NCBI GenBank assembly: GCA_964430885.1
Contig: CAYSHM010000001.1
Coordinates: forward strand, 32,001-96,000
Length of the DNA: 64,000 nt
From: an uncultured archaeon
GTDB lineage: Archaea > Thermoplasmatota > Penumbrarchaeia > JASLWR01
Reading direction: 5' to 3'
Of this stretch, positions 1-9,820 are shown piece by piece. Position 1 is the first letter of the stretch. Each line of letters begins with the position of its first letter. The notes under the pieces are model-generated. The model saw only the letters and a program-made list of their open reading frames with translations. It did no database searches and was not told where the DNA came from. Both the position numbers and the translations under genes were made by a program.

Positions 1-3000
1 TCCTTTTTCTCTTCAATCTCTGAATCGATTTCTTCCTGGTCATTATCTGATTCAGGCTGAATTATTTCCATTAAACCTTTCAGGTCGACTACTGTGCTTT
101 TTCTTCTGAAGAATATTAAATAGGCCGCAAATGAAAAGACAGCTGTAAAGAACAGCATCATAACTATTCTACCTCCGGTCCTTTGAAATAATCCGTCTCT
201 CGCTGCAACTGTAATATTCATAATAATAACATCTTCATCCCCGTCATCATCTATTACTGTTAATTTTACCAGATAAGTGGAAGTTTCATTATAGACATGT
301 TTGATTTTCTCTCCATACTTTATATTTCCATCTCCCAGATCCCATTTCCATTCCACGATTTTTCCATCCATATCGTAACTCTCGTTTCCGTTCAGCTCGA
401 AACTTTCCCCTTTTTTTACCCTTAATCCCTTCAAATTTTCATTTGTATTCAGGAGAATGGAGGCTTTGGGAGCTCTGTTGAATATCCTTATATGTATATT
501 GGAAAAAGAAATACCTCCGTCGTTATCGGTGACAGTGCAGGATACATTGTAGATACCGTCATCCTGAAATTTATGGGTAGTATTTCTTCGGGATAGGTTT
601 TTTCCATCGCCGAAATCCCAGGAATAATTGATGATTTCACCGTCTATATCTGCGGCCTGGCTAAAGAAACTTACATCCTTAAAACTGAGTAGCTCATTGA
701 GGCTGGAGCTGATGGTTAATTGAGGTTCAATATTCACAATATTGATACTGAGAGGTTTGCTGATGTAGATCCCACCGTCGTTATCCGTGACAATAAGCTT
801 GACCTTGAAAAGACCTATCGTTGAATAGAGATAAGAGATATCATTCAATCCGTAGATAATAGTCCCATCCCCCATGCTCCAAGTAATGTTGGCAATAGTT
901 CCGTCAGGATCGCTTATATTGGATGTGAATGTAAAAAACGTTGTTCTGTTCCCATTGAGCCCAGGCAGTACATGAAAATCAGCGTAGGGCATTGTATTAT
1001 TGATATTCACATACTTTTCGGAATATGATATATCTCCGTCATCATCCTTGACAATTAGGGTTACCCTGTAACTTCCCAGATCTTTATATCCATGTGTTAT
1101 CCCTCGGCCATACCTTGTTTCCCCGTCTCCCATATCCCAGGTCCAGTTGATTATAGCTCCGTCAATATCGGAAGACACTGAACCGTTGAAATATATATCT
1201 CGTCTATTCGATCCTTTTCCAGTATTCTCAAAAGTAAAATCTGCAGTAGGTTTCCTGTTCAGAACGTTTGCCCTATAGGATAGGCTGAAATCACTTTCAG
1301 CTCCTCTGTCGTCCATTACCTTGACCCTAATATCATAGCTCCCATTGTCAATATATTTATGTTGGATAACGGAACTATTTAACCATGATGTGTTTGATCC
1401 GTCGCCTAGGTCGAAGAAGTACTCTGTAATATTTCCATCAAGATCAAAGGAGCCTGAGGCGTTGAAGGTAAAATTGACGTAGGTTAACGGTGTGCTCACA
1501 TCGCCGTTTATCCTGGGTATCGGAATTGCATTTATTTCTATTGACTCTATCAATGAATTATCTAGCTCGCGGTACTCGTCTATAAGGTTATCTGGGTCGG
1601 TGATGATCATGATTTTCTTGGCTCCCCAATCCTGAAATGATACCGGGGTATTCAGTATGATTTCGGTATCCGGAAACATGGGACCAATGGTCCAATTTTT
1701 GACAATCGCTCCATCGAGATAGAGACTTACGTTAAGATCATCAACACTCTCCAAACCATTATTGATTACTGTCACGTTTAGACTGAAAAATTCATTCTGT
1801 GCCGGGATTTCCTTGGATATTTCAATTTCCCGCACGGCAGGATTTGGCCCGTGACCAAATGGGGTATTTCCATCAATATTTTGAACAATCGATGAATTTA
1901 TGGGAAGAGGTCGATTCCAGAAATGAGCAGGTGTGAACAGTTTCAGTTTTGGGTCGCCGTAATAAATTGCATTCTCAAGCATATCCCACCACCATCCATC
2001 GGTGGAATACATTATTCCAACCAGTTCCATGCCGGTCTTGAATGCCTCGCCCATGGTTCGGTTCTGGGCTATTTCCCTCATCATTATCTGGTAGCCGTAA
2101 GTAGCATACCAGGCTGATGTCCAAGGGTTGATTACCTGGAAGGCTGTTCCATGGCGGATAAGTGACAGATGGAAGAAGGTATTACCCGGAAGACAGGCTC
2201 CGGTTATGAAACCGCATGAGTGCAGATTTTCAGTGTAATTGTCCAGCAGTGTTCCTTTCACGCTTGCAGTATGTTTTTGCTCCGCCACAGCAATAATTAT
2301 ACCATCCCTGTCGTCACTACCAGTGGAAATGTGCGTTTCTTCACCGGTATCCCTTCTCATTGCCACTGAATCCGGTTCGTCAGTGGAGCCGGCTGTCTCA
2401 TATCCCCTCCAAGGATTTGGTTCCTCTTCGTAATCTCCCTTCCATAATGCAATTGATCCTGTACCTCTGGCACTGCCGTGTCCGTTAACTGACCAGAGAA
2501 ATACTCCGCTGTTGACATTTTCCATACAGGGAAAGAAATAGGTACTGTAAACGGAATCGAATCCGCATTTATTCGTGTAGAAAGGCATTATCTCTGAGAG
2601 CCCAAGATCCGGCCAGTAGTCGCCCGGCATGCCATATTTGGCATTAACATCCCTATCTATTTCGTTTCCTGAAGGTGTCCAATAGGGTATCATTCCATTT
2701 GTGCAGCTATAGTTTGCACCCCAGTATCGGCTCCCCCTCTGGTTGAACCTATGTCTGTATGATACATATGAGTGCTGGACCGGATAATAGTATCTGTTCT
2801 CTCCTCCCTGATCGTAGATATCCAGAAAACCCAGATAATCCCTTTTGGATTGAGTACCGTTAGTAAGATTGACTCCAAGGGGATCCATAGCGGGATTTTC
2901 AAAAACCAATGCTGGATAGAACAGATTTCTTGAAATTGAACATGCGGAATCAATGGGAGAACCTGTGAACCTCCCGGTCATGGCCTTTCCTAGAAGGGCC

Positions 3001-5033
3001 CTGTCCCATGCAGGTCCTATATCGTACTGATCGGCAACGGTGATGATGTATTCGCTTCCCTCTGCTTCCAGATCAAGCTGTTCCAATCCCTCATAGATAT
3101 TTCTGCTGCTGATCACCATATCTCCAACTGACGGGTCTATGCGGTCTTTCCATTCCTGCTGCCAGTATACGTTATGCCAGGCTTTGGATGTGGACAGAAA
3201 GGAATGTCTTTCAGTAATTAGGAGAGGTGAACCGTGATGAGCCGCCGTGTAGGCTGCAGGTCCGATGAAATGACCCGCGGATGTTTCCTCCGAAGGAGTT
3301 TTGTCTATCTCCCACTTTGTCCATGGATCCAGACTGCTGATAACTAGATCTGTGCAGGATGAGATATCTCTAATAGCTTCCATCGCATCCTTCTCATGAT
3401 CTATTATCTGAACCTGTTTTATTCCATGATCATTTATCAGTTCTTCATCAATATCAAATCGGGAGTGTGAACCAATGTCCAAAACGGTTATATTATCAAC
3501 CTGAAGTTCATAAATGCACTGGGTTATCATTCCAGGGAGTTCATCTCTGGACATGTACAATAATGGAGAGTTAGAAAGGCTGGCCAATATAGAACCCTGA
3601 ACCGCATTAGATATGTTATCAGTCCATTCAAATTCCCTTTTCTGGCTCCATGAATAGGTAATTGTGAAATCTGTATCGTTCAGGTTATCATCAAGCTTCA
3701 GAACGGTCACATTATAGCTGCCAGCACCTAGTTCTTTGGGATGCAGGAGTGCAGGGCTGCTCCCATCCAGGGAGCTCATGAGACACTCTCCGTCAGGTCC
3801 CAGGAGGACCAATCCTAGTTTTCCTTCATCATTTTCCCCTCCGGAATTGTTCCATGATAGGTTTATTTCGATATCTCGGCACCAGAATGGAGCCTCAGGA
3901 AAGGTGAATTCCATACCTGGATATTGAGTGATATTGATAGTGTAATCAACAGGGCCTGCCCCTCTTGTGCTGCTTCTTACATCCATATTGGAAGCAAAAT
4001 TATCAGATTCGGTAGGCATATATGTTACAGCGGCGCTCCATTTACCATGGTTCCTGATCACGCTTTGGGCCAGCTCAAATGCACCATCAACACAATTCCA
4101 TTCCTCGGATGCTGCCGTCTGTCCAAACTGCATATCATATAACTGAAGATCCGGGTCCTTACCAGTCATATTATCCCAGGTCATATGCGCGGATAAGAAT
4201 TCATAGGGTTCGTTCACACTGAAATTGTTGAATTGGGGAGGTACCGGCCCTACGGATATACTGCCGTGAAGGGAGGTTAGGTTAATTTTCATATAACCGG
4301 GGAATGTTCCCTGAATATGGTTCTCAACTGTTAAATCAACATCAGATATTTCTTCACTAGTCACAGCCAGAAATGCATGTTCAGAATCGAACCAATTTTC
4401 CAGGCTGAGTTCAGCGGAGAGATTGTAGATAGAATCATATGAATATGAATCCGTTCCAGTTCCATTTCTATCCGGTTTCCAGCTGTCAGTTATGAATTCT
4501 TCCTGATCAGAAGTCATACCGATGAAATTGAAATTATCTATTCCGCCGTCCAAGAAACTGGACCAGTCATCCATCAGATAATCTATGCTCTCATAGGAAT
4601 TCTCCATTCGGTAAGCCGATGGGTCCTGATAGAACAGGAGTGGGTTTGAATATATCAAATTATCCCTATCTGAATAGAAAACGTTTGATGGGATTGCCGC
4701 GAGGTAGGCAAGATCGTCAATTATGGAATTTTCATCATATGCTACAAAACTTATTCGGTCCAGGGGCACCACGTCTCTGAATGAGCATCCTTCAAATCCC
4801 GTTCTCTCCAGTTCGGCTTTTATCACTGGCGATTCCAAAGCAGTATCATCCTCGTTCCTATCATTTTCATTTCCAGAAAGGCAGCCTTCCATGGAAGGGT
4901 CGAATGAAGAAATAAATGATCCAGATAAAAGAGTAAGCAGTCCCTGGGAGATAAAAAGGATTCCTATGAGAAGGAAGAGTATTTTTTTGCAGAATATAAT
5001 ATCGTCTTTGTTCTTCTCCATCCTCAGGACCAT
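1..5033 (-). CDS. Large membrane-anchored gingipain-like (peptidase C25, clan CD) protein with CARDB and five PKD domains; 3' end outside window
   Basis: Not in the ORF track because there is no stop in the window. Segments translated from ATG 5033 to base 3 are all in one frame. N-terminal hydrophobic signal (ILFLLIGILFISQGLL), VNGHGS (His 2478-2480), ITGACLPG (Cys 2193-2195), YYGDPKL, CARDB-like segment about 1560-1850, five W/F-x-x-G-D-G PKD motifs (about 1405, 1130, 875, 610, 335), and a C-terminal TM followed by RRK. Confidence 0.8.
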   Translation of the reverse strand, partial: MVLRMEKNKDDIIFCKKILFLLIGILFISQGLLTLLSGSFISSFDPSMEGCLSGNENDRNEDDTALESPVIKAELERTGFEGCSFRDVVPLDRISFVAYDENSIIDDLAYLAAIPSNVFYSDRDNLIYSNPLLFYQDPSAYRMENSYESIDYLMDDWSSFLDGGIDNFNFIGMTSDQEEFITDSWKPDRNGTGTDSYSYDSIYNLSAELSLENWFDSEHAFLAVTSEEISDVDLTVENHIQGTFPGYMKINLTSLHGSISVGPVPPQFNNFSVNEPYEFLSAHMTWDNMTGKDPDLQLYDMQFGQTAASEEWNCVDGAFELAQSVIRNHGKWSAAVTYMPTESDNFASNMDVRSSTRGAGPVDYTINITQYPGMEFTFPEAPFWCRDIEINLSWNNSGGENDEGKLGLVLLGPDGECLMSSLDGSSPALLHPKELGAGSYNVTVLKLDDNLNDTDFTITYSWSQKREFEWTDNISNAVQGSILASLSNSPLLYMSRDELPGMITQCIYELQVDNITVLDIGSHSRFDIDEELINDHGIKQVQIIDHEKDAMEAIRDISSCTDLVISSLDPWTKWEIDKTPSEETSAGHFIGPAAYTAAHHGSPLLITERHSFLSTSKAWHNVYWQQEWKDRIDPSVGDMVISSRNIYEGLEQLDLEAEGSEYIITVADQYDIGPAWDRALLGKAMTGRFTGSPIDSACSISRNLFYPALVFENPAMDPLGVNLTNGTQSKRDYLGFLDIYDQGGENRYYYPVQHSYVSYRHRFNQRGSRYWGANYSCTNGMIPYWTPSGNEIDRDVNAKYGMPGDYWPDLGLSEIMPFYTNKCGFDSVYSTYFFPCMENVNSGVFLWSVNGHGSARGTGSIALWKGDYEEEPNPWRGYETAGSTDEPDSVAMRRDTGEETHISTGSDDRDGIIIAVAEQKHTASVKGTLLDNYTENLHSCGFITGACLPGNTFFHLSLIRHGTAFQVINPWTSAWYATYGYQIMMREIAQNRTMGEAFKTGMELVGIMYSTDGWWWDMLENAIYYGDPKLKLFTPAHFWNRPLPINSSIVQNIDGNTPFGHGPNPAVREIEISKEIPAQNEFFSLNVTVINNGLESVDDLNVSLYLDGAIVKNWTIGPMFPDTEIILNTPVSFQDWGAKKIMIITDPDNLIDEYRELDNSLIESIEINAIPIPRINGDVSTPLTYVNFTFNASGSFDLDGNITEYFFDLGDGSNTSWLNSSVIQHKYIDNGSYDIRVKVMDDRGAESDFSLSYRANVLNRKPTADFTFENTGKGSNRRDIYFNGSVSSDIDGAIINWTWDMGDGETRYGRGITHGYKDLGSYRVTLIVKDDDGDISYSEKYVNINNTMPYADFHVLPGLNGNRTTFFTFTSNISDPDGTIANITWSMGDGTIIYGLNDISYLYSTIGLFKVKLIVTDNDGGIYISKPLSINIVNIEPQLTISSSLNELLSFKDVSFFSQAADIDGEIINYSWDFGDGKNLSRRNTTHKFQDDGIYNVSCTVTDNDGGISFSNIHIRIFNRAPKASILLNTNENLKGLRVKKGESFELNGNESYDMDGKIVEWKWDLGDGNIKYGEKIKHVYNETSTYLVKLTVIDDDGDEDVIIMNITVAARDGLFQRTGGRIVMMLFFTAVFSFAAYLIFFRRKSTVVDLKGLMEIIQPESDNDQEEIDSEIEEKK

Positions 5034-5152
5034 GATTTTTCATAGTTTTTAAAATATTAATATGATACCGAGTATTTGGAAATTAATTGGAAAGTGTTGG
5101 TAATTGAGGGTATATTTACCCTAAAGGGATATTTCATGATTCTGTTATAGTA

Positions 5153-6043
5153 TCATTCCGGTAGTATAAGTTTTGCCGCATTAATATGGGCAGGAACACC
5201 TAGCGCTTCGGCTACAGGCTGACATTTAGTGCGCATAAGGAAAGCAGTAGGCTTAACAATTCTCTCTGAAAGCGCCTCGAAATTGGCCATGCCCTTGGCG
5301 ATAATAATATCGCAGTTAATGATCTCATTTTCGAGTTCCAAGGGTATATTGTCAAGATCAATGCCCACGGCAAAGCCCCCGGTTGTGAGAACTTTCCAGA
5401 CTATCTTATCCAATTCCAATTCTTCCGCATCTTTAAGAGTTGCATCGGTCAGTACGGGTTCACCTTTAACTACCAGCACCACACGGCATCCCCTAGAGGC
5501 TAGTTCTTCCAGAAGCAAAGTATCCAGCACGATCTCCCCGCAGTTATCCGTGAGATAGATCATCCTGCTTTCAGGACGTATATATTTTCGAATTTTCGGC
5601 AGGTCATCGCATCCTAATCCTTCTTCCAGAAGTGATTTGAAATTGGTTTTCAGGGCTTCGGGATCCTTCCATTTTGTATTTATACCAAAGTCCATTATAT
5701 TTCCGATAATAGAAATCAGCACTGCAGCTTGGAACCTTTCGTCGGTCCGCTGAAATCTTTCCAGGTAATTTCTGGCCCTTGGAAGAATATTGAGTGCCAC
5801 CCTGTTGCTTTGCTCCTTGATCTCAGCATAAGGATCGAATCCCAACATTTCATGGCACTTCTTGTGGATCTCCGTTGCTAGTACAGCTGAGCATATGTCC
5901 GAAGAGTAATTTTGAGAAATTATATTAAGACATTCTTTTATGATAGGTGGTCCGTAGTCCTTATCCCTAAGTTCTGACTGATACCTTATCCGCTCAAGAA
6001 GACATGGAACGCATTTGGTTGTTATTTTCAATTTGCCTTTCAC
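5153..6043 (-). CDS. ARMT1/DUF89 family damage-control metal-dependent phosphatase
   Basis: N-terminal CVPC, GNIMDFG, DNCGE, and KGMANFEAL motifs typical of DUF89. Confidence 0.9.
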   Translation of the reverse strand: MKGKLKITTKCVPCLLERIRYQSELRDKDYGPPIIKECLNIISQNYSSDICSAVLATEIHKKCHEMLGFDPYAEIKEQSNRVALNILPRARNYLERFQRTDERFQAAVLISIIGNIMDFGINTKWKDPEALKTNFKSLLEEGLGCDDLPKIRKYIRPESRMIYLTDNCGEIVLDTLLLEELASRGCRVVLVVKGEPVLTDATLKDAEELELDKIVWKVLTTGGFAVGIDLDNIPLELENEIINCDIIIAKGMANFEALSERIVKPTAFLMRTKCQPVAEALGVPAHINAAKLILPE

Positions 6044-6143
6044 CCTTCAATGTTATTTTTAATCGTTAATGAATACCTTCGTAAGAAAACTATCATTATT
6101 CCAACTGCATTTTGCGGCTCATAAAAACTAGTAGGACTTGTGT

Positions 6144-7043
6144 TCATTTGGGAACTAGCACCTTCAATTTATTCGGCAACACCTCAATATCGAACCTTTT
6201 GCCATTGAAACACTCACCATCAAGCTGCCCATGAATGATGTCCTTTGATTCTATCAATATCCTTTTAGCCTTTCTATAACTGATCTGGGGAAGATTTACT
6301 TTTATCCCCTTCTTCACCTTTCTCACATGCCAGAAAAACTTCGCTTTTGAGATATCGGTAATGGATACTACAACAAGTTCGGGACTGTTCATCTCGGCCA
6401 TTGGCGCTATTATGAAGTCCCCGCCAAAGGTTGTTCCGTTGGCCACGCTGAGCATGAAAAAGCGGTCGTTTATCTTCTTATTATCTATTTTAACCTTGAG
6501 GGGCAGGCTCTTGTAATGCAATATCGTCTTGAGAAGCGCCCTGTTGTAGGAAACCTTTTTTGGAGGTTTTCCATCCTTTTCCCTCATGCACCACATATTA
6601 GACATGACAGATCCGTCAAAACCGACTCCCATGATGTTTACAAAATATCTATTTCTATTGCATCTGCCTACGCTTATGGTCTTTGTTCTGCCGTTAATTA
6701 TTGTTTTGATACTGTGGTCTAAATTGTTCTTGATACCCAGGGATTTAATAGTGTCATTACCTGAACCAGTGGGAAGAATTCCCAGAGCCGGTTTACTTTC
6801 AGATCTGCAGATTCCGTTGATCACTTCACTTATTGTTCCATCCCCTCCTACTATAATCAATACACTGCTATTCCGGGAAATATTTTCAGCTATTTCCGCT
6901 GCATGGAGAGGTCCTTTTGTTCGGTAAACCTTATGCTGAATATCCTTCTTTTTCAGAGCATCCTCAAGGCTCTTGTGATAATGATTTCTTTTACTTCCTC
7001 CAGCCACGGGATTTATTATTACCGTCCATCTTTCCATAAGCAT
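6144..7043 (-). CDS. Diacylglycerol/lipid kinase family protein (YegS/DagK-like)
   Basis: INPVAG, GGDGT, PTGSGND, GVGFDG, NGTTFGG and DGE motifs. Confidence 0.9.
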   Translation of the reverse strand: MLMERWTVIINPVAGGSKRNHYHKSLEDALKKKDIQHKVYRTKGPLHAAEIAENISRNSSVLIIVGGDGTISEVINGICRSESKPALGILPTGSGNDTIKSLGIKNNLDHSIKTIINGRTKTISVGRCNRNRYFVNIMGVGFDGSVMSNMWCMREKDGKPPKKVSYNRALLKTILHYKSLPLKVKIDNKKINDRFFMLSVANGTTFGGDFIIAPMAEMNSPELVVVSITDISKAKFFWHVRKVKKGIKVNLPQISYRKAKRILIESKDIIHGQLDGECFNGKRFDIEVLPNKLKVLVPK

Positions 7044-7085
7044 CTTCTTGGTTAGGATATTTCATTGAAGTATGAACCTGATGTA

Positions 7086-7640
7086 TTATCTTTCTTTACC
7101 CTTTTGCTTTGTGAATGGATACCAGGGTATCGGCCCGTTTTTCAGGTAAAAGAGAAATATTCCTACAGCTACCAATATTATACTGAAATATATTATCGTA
7201 TTTGCACTCTCCGAAATGAATCCGCATTTGAACAGACAAAATCTTTGGTCGGTAATAGGCCAGAAATACATTGTACCCATATCGTAGGGCGCCTCATTAT
7301 ACTGTGCTTTTGGGAATAGATAATGTAGGCTTGATTTACCCAAGTTGAAGACATCCAGGAGCATATGTATTGAAAGCCCCATCAGGACAGGTATGGAAAA
7401 ATTCCGCCCATATAGCTTGTAGAATATCATGATCATGATCAGGGCTATTAATGGCATGACAATAAGGGAATGTGTGAAAGCTCGGTGAAATTCCCTGAAG
7501 GCAGTCACTCCGAACACTCCGAATATGAAATCGATGTCGGGAATAAGTGATGCAATAAGAAGGCCTCTCATCTGGAGCTCATCCAGCTTTGTTTTCCTTC
7601 CTAAAATAAAGGCGTATATGTAATGTGAGAACCAATCCAT
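7086..7640 (-). CDS. YdjM-like membrane-bound metal-dependent hydrolase
   Basis: N-terminal SH, PDID, HRAFTHS and HMLLD motifs; several hydrophobic helices. Confidence 0.85.
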   Translation of the reverse strand: MDWFSHYIYAFILGRKTKLDELQMRGLLIASLIPDIDFIFGVFGVTAFREFHRAFTHSLIVMPLIALIMIMIFYKLYGRNFSIPVLMGLSIHMLLDVFNLGKSSLHYLFPKAQYNEAPYDMGTMYFWPITDQRFCLFKCGFISESANTIIYFSIILVAVGIFLFYLKNGPIPWYPFTKQKGKER

Positions 7641-7649
7641 TATTTCACC

Positions 7650-8765
7650 TTATAACTTGTTAACCAATATGTCGCAGCAGTAGTTTAATTCCAGGGGGGA
7701 ATAGGTCCTTACCAGGTGTTTATTGTTCAAGTATATTTCACAATTGCGTTCCTCTGCAGTTTTCCGGCATTGGCGAATATTTTCCCCGAGTTTTTCCTCT
7801 GAGCAGATGAGATATAGGTGTATCATTCCACCGTTTTTTATACATCCTAAAGAATTTTGGAAAAATTCCATTGAGCTGTGTGGAAGGTTCATAATTATTC
7901 TATCATATCTTTCCTGCCAATCCGGTCTTTTAGAGATCATCCCTGCATCCCCCGTATATAGAGCTATGTTATTTATTTTGTTCAGAAATGCGTTTTCGTG
8001 CAGTAGCGACGTAGCCTGTGGATTGATATCCACTGCATCAATTGATTCAGCTCTTGTGTGGTGAGCTATCAAAAGGGAGAACGGTCCTATGCCAGCGAAC
8101 ATATCAAGTATTATTTCATTGTCCTTTACCTGTCTGACTATCCTCCATCTTTCCGTGGCCAATCTCGGGCTGTAATAAACCTCTGAAGGGTCTATCTTCA
8201 TCCTCACTCCGAATTCCTTTGTAATGGTGACCGTTCCTTTATCACCCGCCAGTTGTTCAAGCTCCCTCACCCTTGTTTCTCCCGAGACCTTGATGACCCT
8301 GTGAACTCCATTGATGCTTTTATGCGCCTTTAAAAGTGCTGTTCCAATCTCTTTTTTATAATCCAGAACTTCATCATTGATCTTTACAAGGATCAGATCC
8401 CCTATAGTGTCCCAGGACGAAGGCATGTATTCACGGACTTCCTGGGGGAAATCATAGTGATCTAGATAATTGCTGCTCGCTCTCTCTTTGACAGTGACAT
8501 TTTTACGTTCAAACTCTATTGTTTTGATGGAATCAGCTAAACCATCGGATTTTGCGGCACTTTGGAGAAGTCCCTGCACCTCATCCCTGTTAATATAATG
8601 TTCAACGGGAATGGAAATAAGGCTTCCCTCACTTTGAATAGGTGCGTTCTTAAGCAGTAAACCGTTTTTTAAAAGGGCGGTTTTTACCCATTCGGCCATC
8701 TCTTTATTCACCTTTACAATCAAGGTATCAACAGTATTATTCTTCATCAAATTCAGATTATTCAC
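7650..8765 (-). CDS. trm5: Trm5/Taw2-family class I SAM-dependent tRNA methyltransferase (G37-N1 / wyosine pathway)
   Basis: IGD, YYSPRLATER, DMFAGIGPF, DINP and IIMNLP motifs; exact subfamily (Trm5a/b/c) not resolved. Confidence 0.85.
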   Translation of the reverse strand: MNNLNLMKNNTVDTLIVKVNKEMAEWVKTALLKNGLLLKNAPIQSEGSLISIPVEHYINRDEVQGLLQSAAKSDGLADSIKTIEFERKNVTVKERASSNYLDHYDFPQEVREYMPSSWDTIGDLILVKINDEVLDYKKEIGTALLKAHKSINGVHRVIKVSGETRVRELEQLAGDKGTVTITKEFGVRMKIDPSEVYYSPRLATERWRIVRQVKDNEIILDMFAGIGPFSLLIAHHTRAESIDAVDINPQATSLLHENAFLNKINNIALYTGDAGMISKRPDWQERYDRIIMNLPHSSMEFFQNSLGCIKNGGMIHLYLICSEEKLGENIRQCRKTAEERNCEIYLNNKHLVRTYSPLELNYCCDILVNKL

Positions 8766-8965
8766 CTGTCTTCAGTCATGCTGAATTTATCATTTTATAG
8801 TTTTTCAATTTCAAAATTATGGTACCAATACGGCCCGGTAACACCCACTTTCGGACAATAAATTCTATCTATCAGGAATAATCAATAAAGATATTAATAA
8901 GTCCCCCTGCTTAAGGAATTTTGAAAAATTCAGATAGTCCAAGATGTATAAGGCGGTAAAAATCT

Positions 8966-9658
8966 ATGAAGAAAATGAACGAACCTTACCTAGGCCCGGG
9001 TTTATTGGTATTGATCTCAGGCATTCTGCTTATGGAGGTTCTTTCCAATATTTTCGTTGGAACTGTGGACGTGTTCTCCTATATTTTTTTACCTCTGCCG
9101 CTGCTTGGAGTCTTCATGATATTCAGATATAGGGGAGACATGACCCTGGCCTCTTCCCGTCTAGCCGTTTTATCCATGTTTATAATGGTATTATTCTTTG
9201 TAAGCCACATATTGTTGGCCGGGTTGTACCAGTATCATACAATGAAGGGTCATACAGATTCAATGTCCGCATTGCTGCTTCTGTATTATTCCACTCCGGT
9301 TCTGCTCTTGGTCGGAGGTATCATAGCAGGTTTTTCTTTCAAGGAAAATGCCTGCAGATATGTTCCAATTGTTTTGATTATCATTTTCATGGCTGCAGCA
9401 ATAATCTCCTTGTTAATTCTAAATCCGGGTACTGAGAATATGGTGGAAGATATTGATGAGATCCGATCTGATGATTCCATGACCAAATCAACAAAGGAAA
9501 CATTGATCAACCGCGCTCTTACCGATTACAATAACAGTGATGAGAAATACTTCTCGGGTATTCCCTTTGTTATATCAGGGCTGATATCATCGGCCTATAT
9601 CTTTTGGCAGGGGAGGCCCCACATATCCAGTTTGTTCCGTGGGATGAGGAGAAGGTAG
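8966..9658 (+). CDS. Hypothetical multi-pass membrane protein
   Basis: 230-aa ORF with about six hydrophobic segments; no recognisable motif. Confidence 0.7.
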   Translation: MKKMNEPYLGPGLLVLISGILLMEVLSNIFVGTVDVFSYIFLPLPLLGVFMIFRYRGDMTLASSRLAVLSMFIMVLFFVSHILLAGLYQYHTMKGHTDSMSALLLLYYSTPVLLLVGGIIAGFSFKENACRYVPIVLIIIFMAAAIISLLILNPGTENMVEDIDEIRSDDSMTKSTKETLINRALTDYNNSDEKYFSGIPFVISGLISSAYIFWQGRPHISSLFRGMRRR

Positions 9659-9738
9659 AATTTAGAAATTATATCAACAATCATCTCATCAAATCTTTCT
9701 GCTCTTAAGTAATATTGATAAGGCTTTTTAAATGGAGT

Positions 9739-9752
9739 AAAAAGGTTTAAAT
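9739..9752 (+). promoter_or_regulatory. Archaeal BRE + TATA box upstream of the 9821 gene
   Basis: AAAAAGG-TTTAAAT in an AT-rich intergenic region; GGTGA Shine-Dalgarno-like motif precedes ATG 9821. Confidence 0.55.
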
Positions 9753-9820
9753 CCGTTGTAGGAGTATAAAATACGGTTATTTTTTATATTTATTTGATAA
9801 AAATACTTGGTGATGATAAA

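Noticed and set aside
1923-5052. Small ORFs listed in the first 5 kb
   Set aside because: All overlap the long minus-strand C25/PKD ORF, which explains the region.
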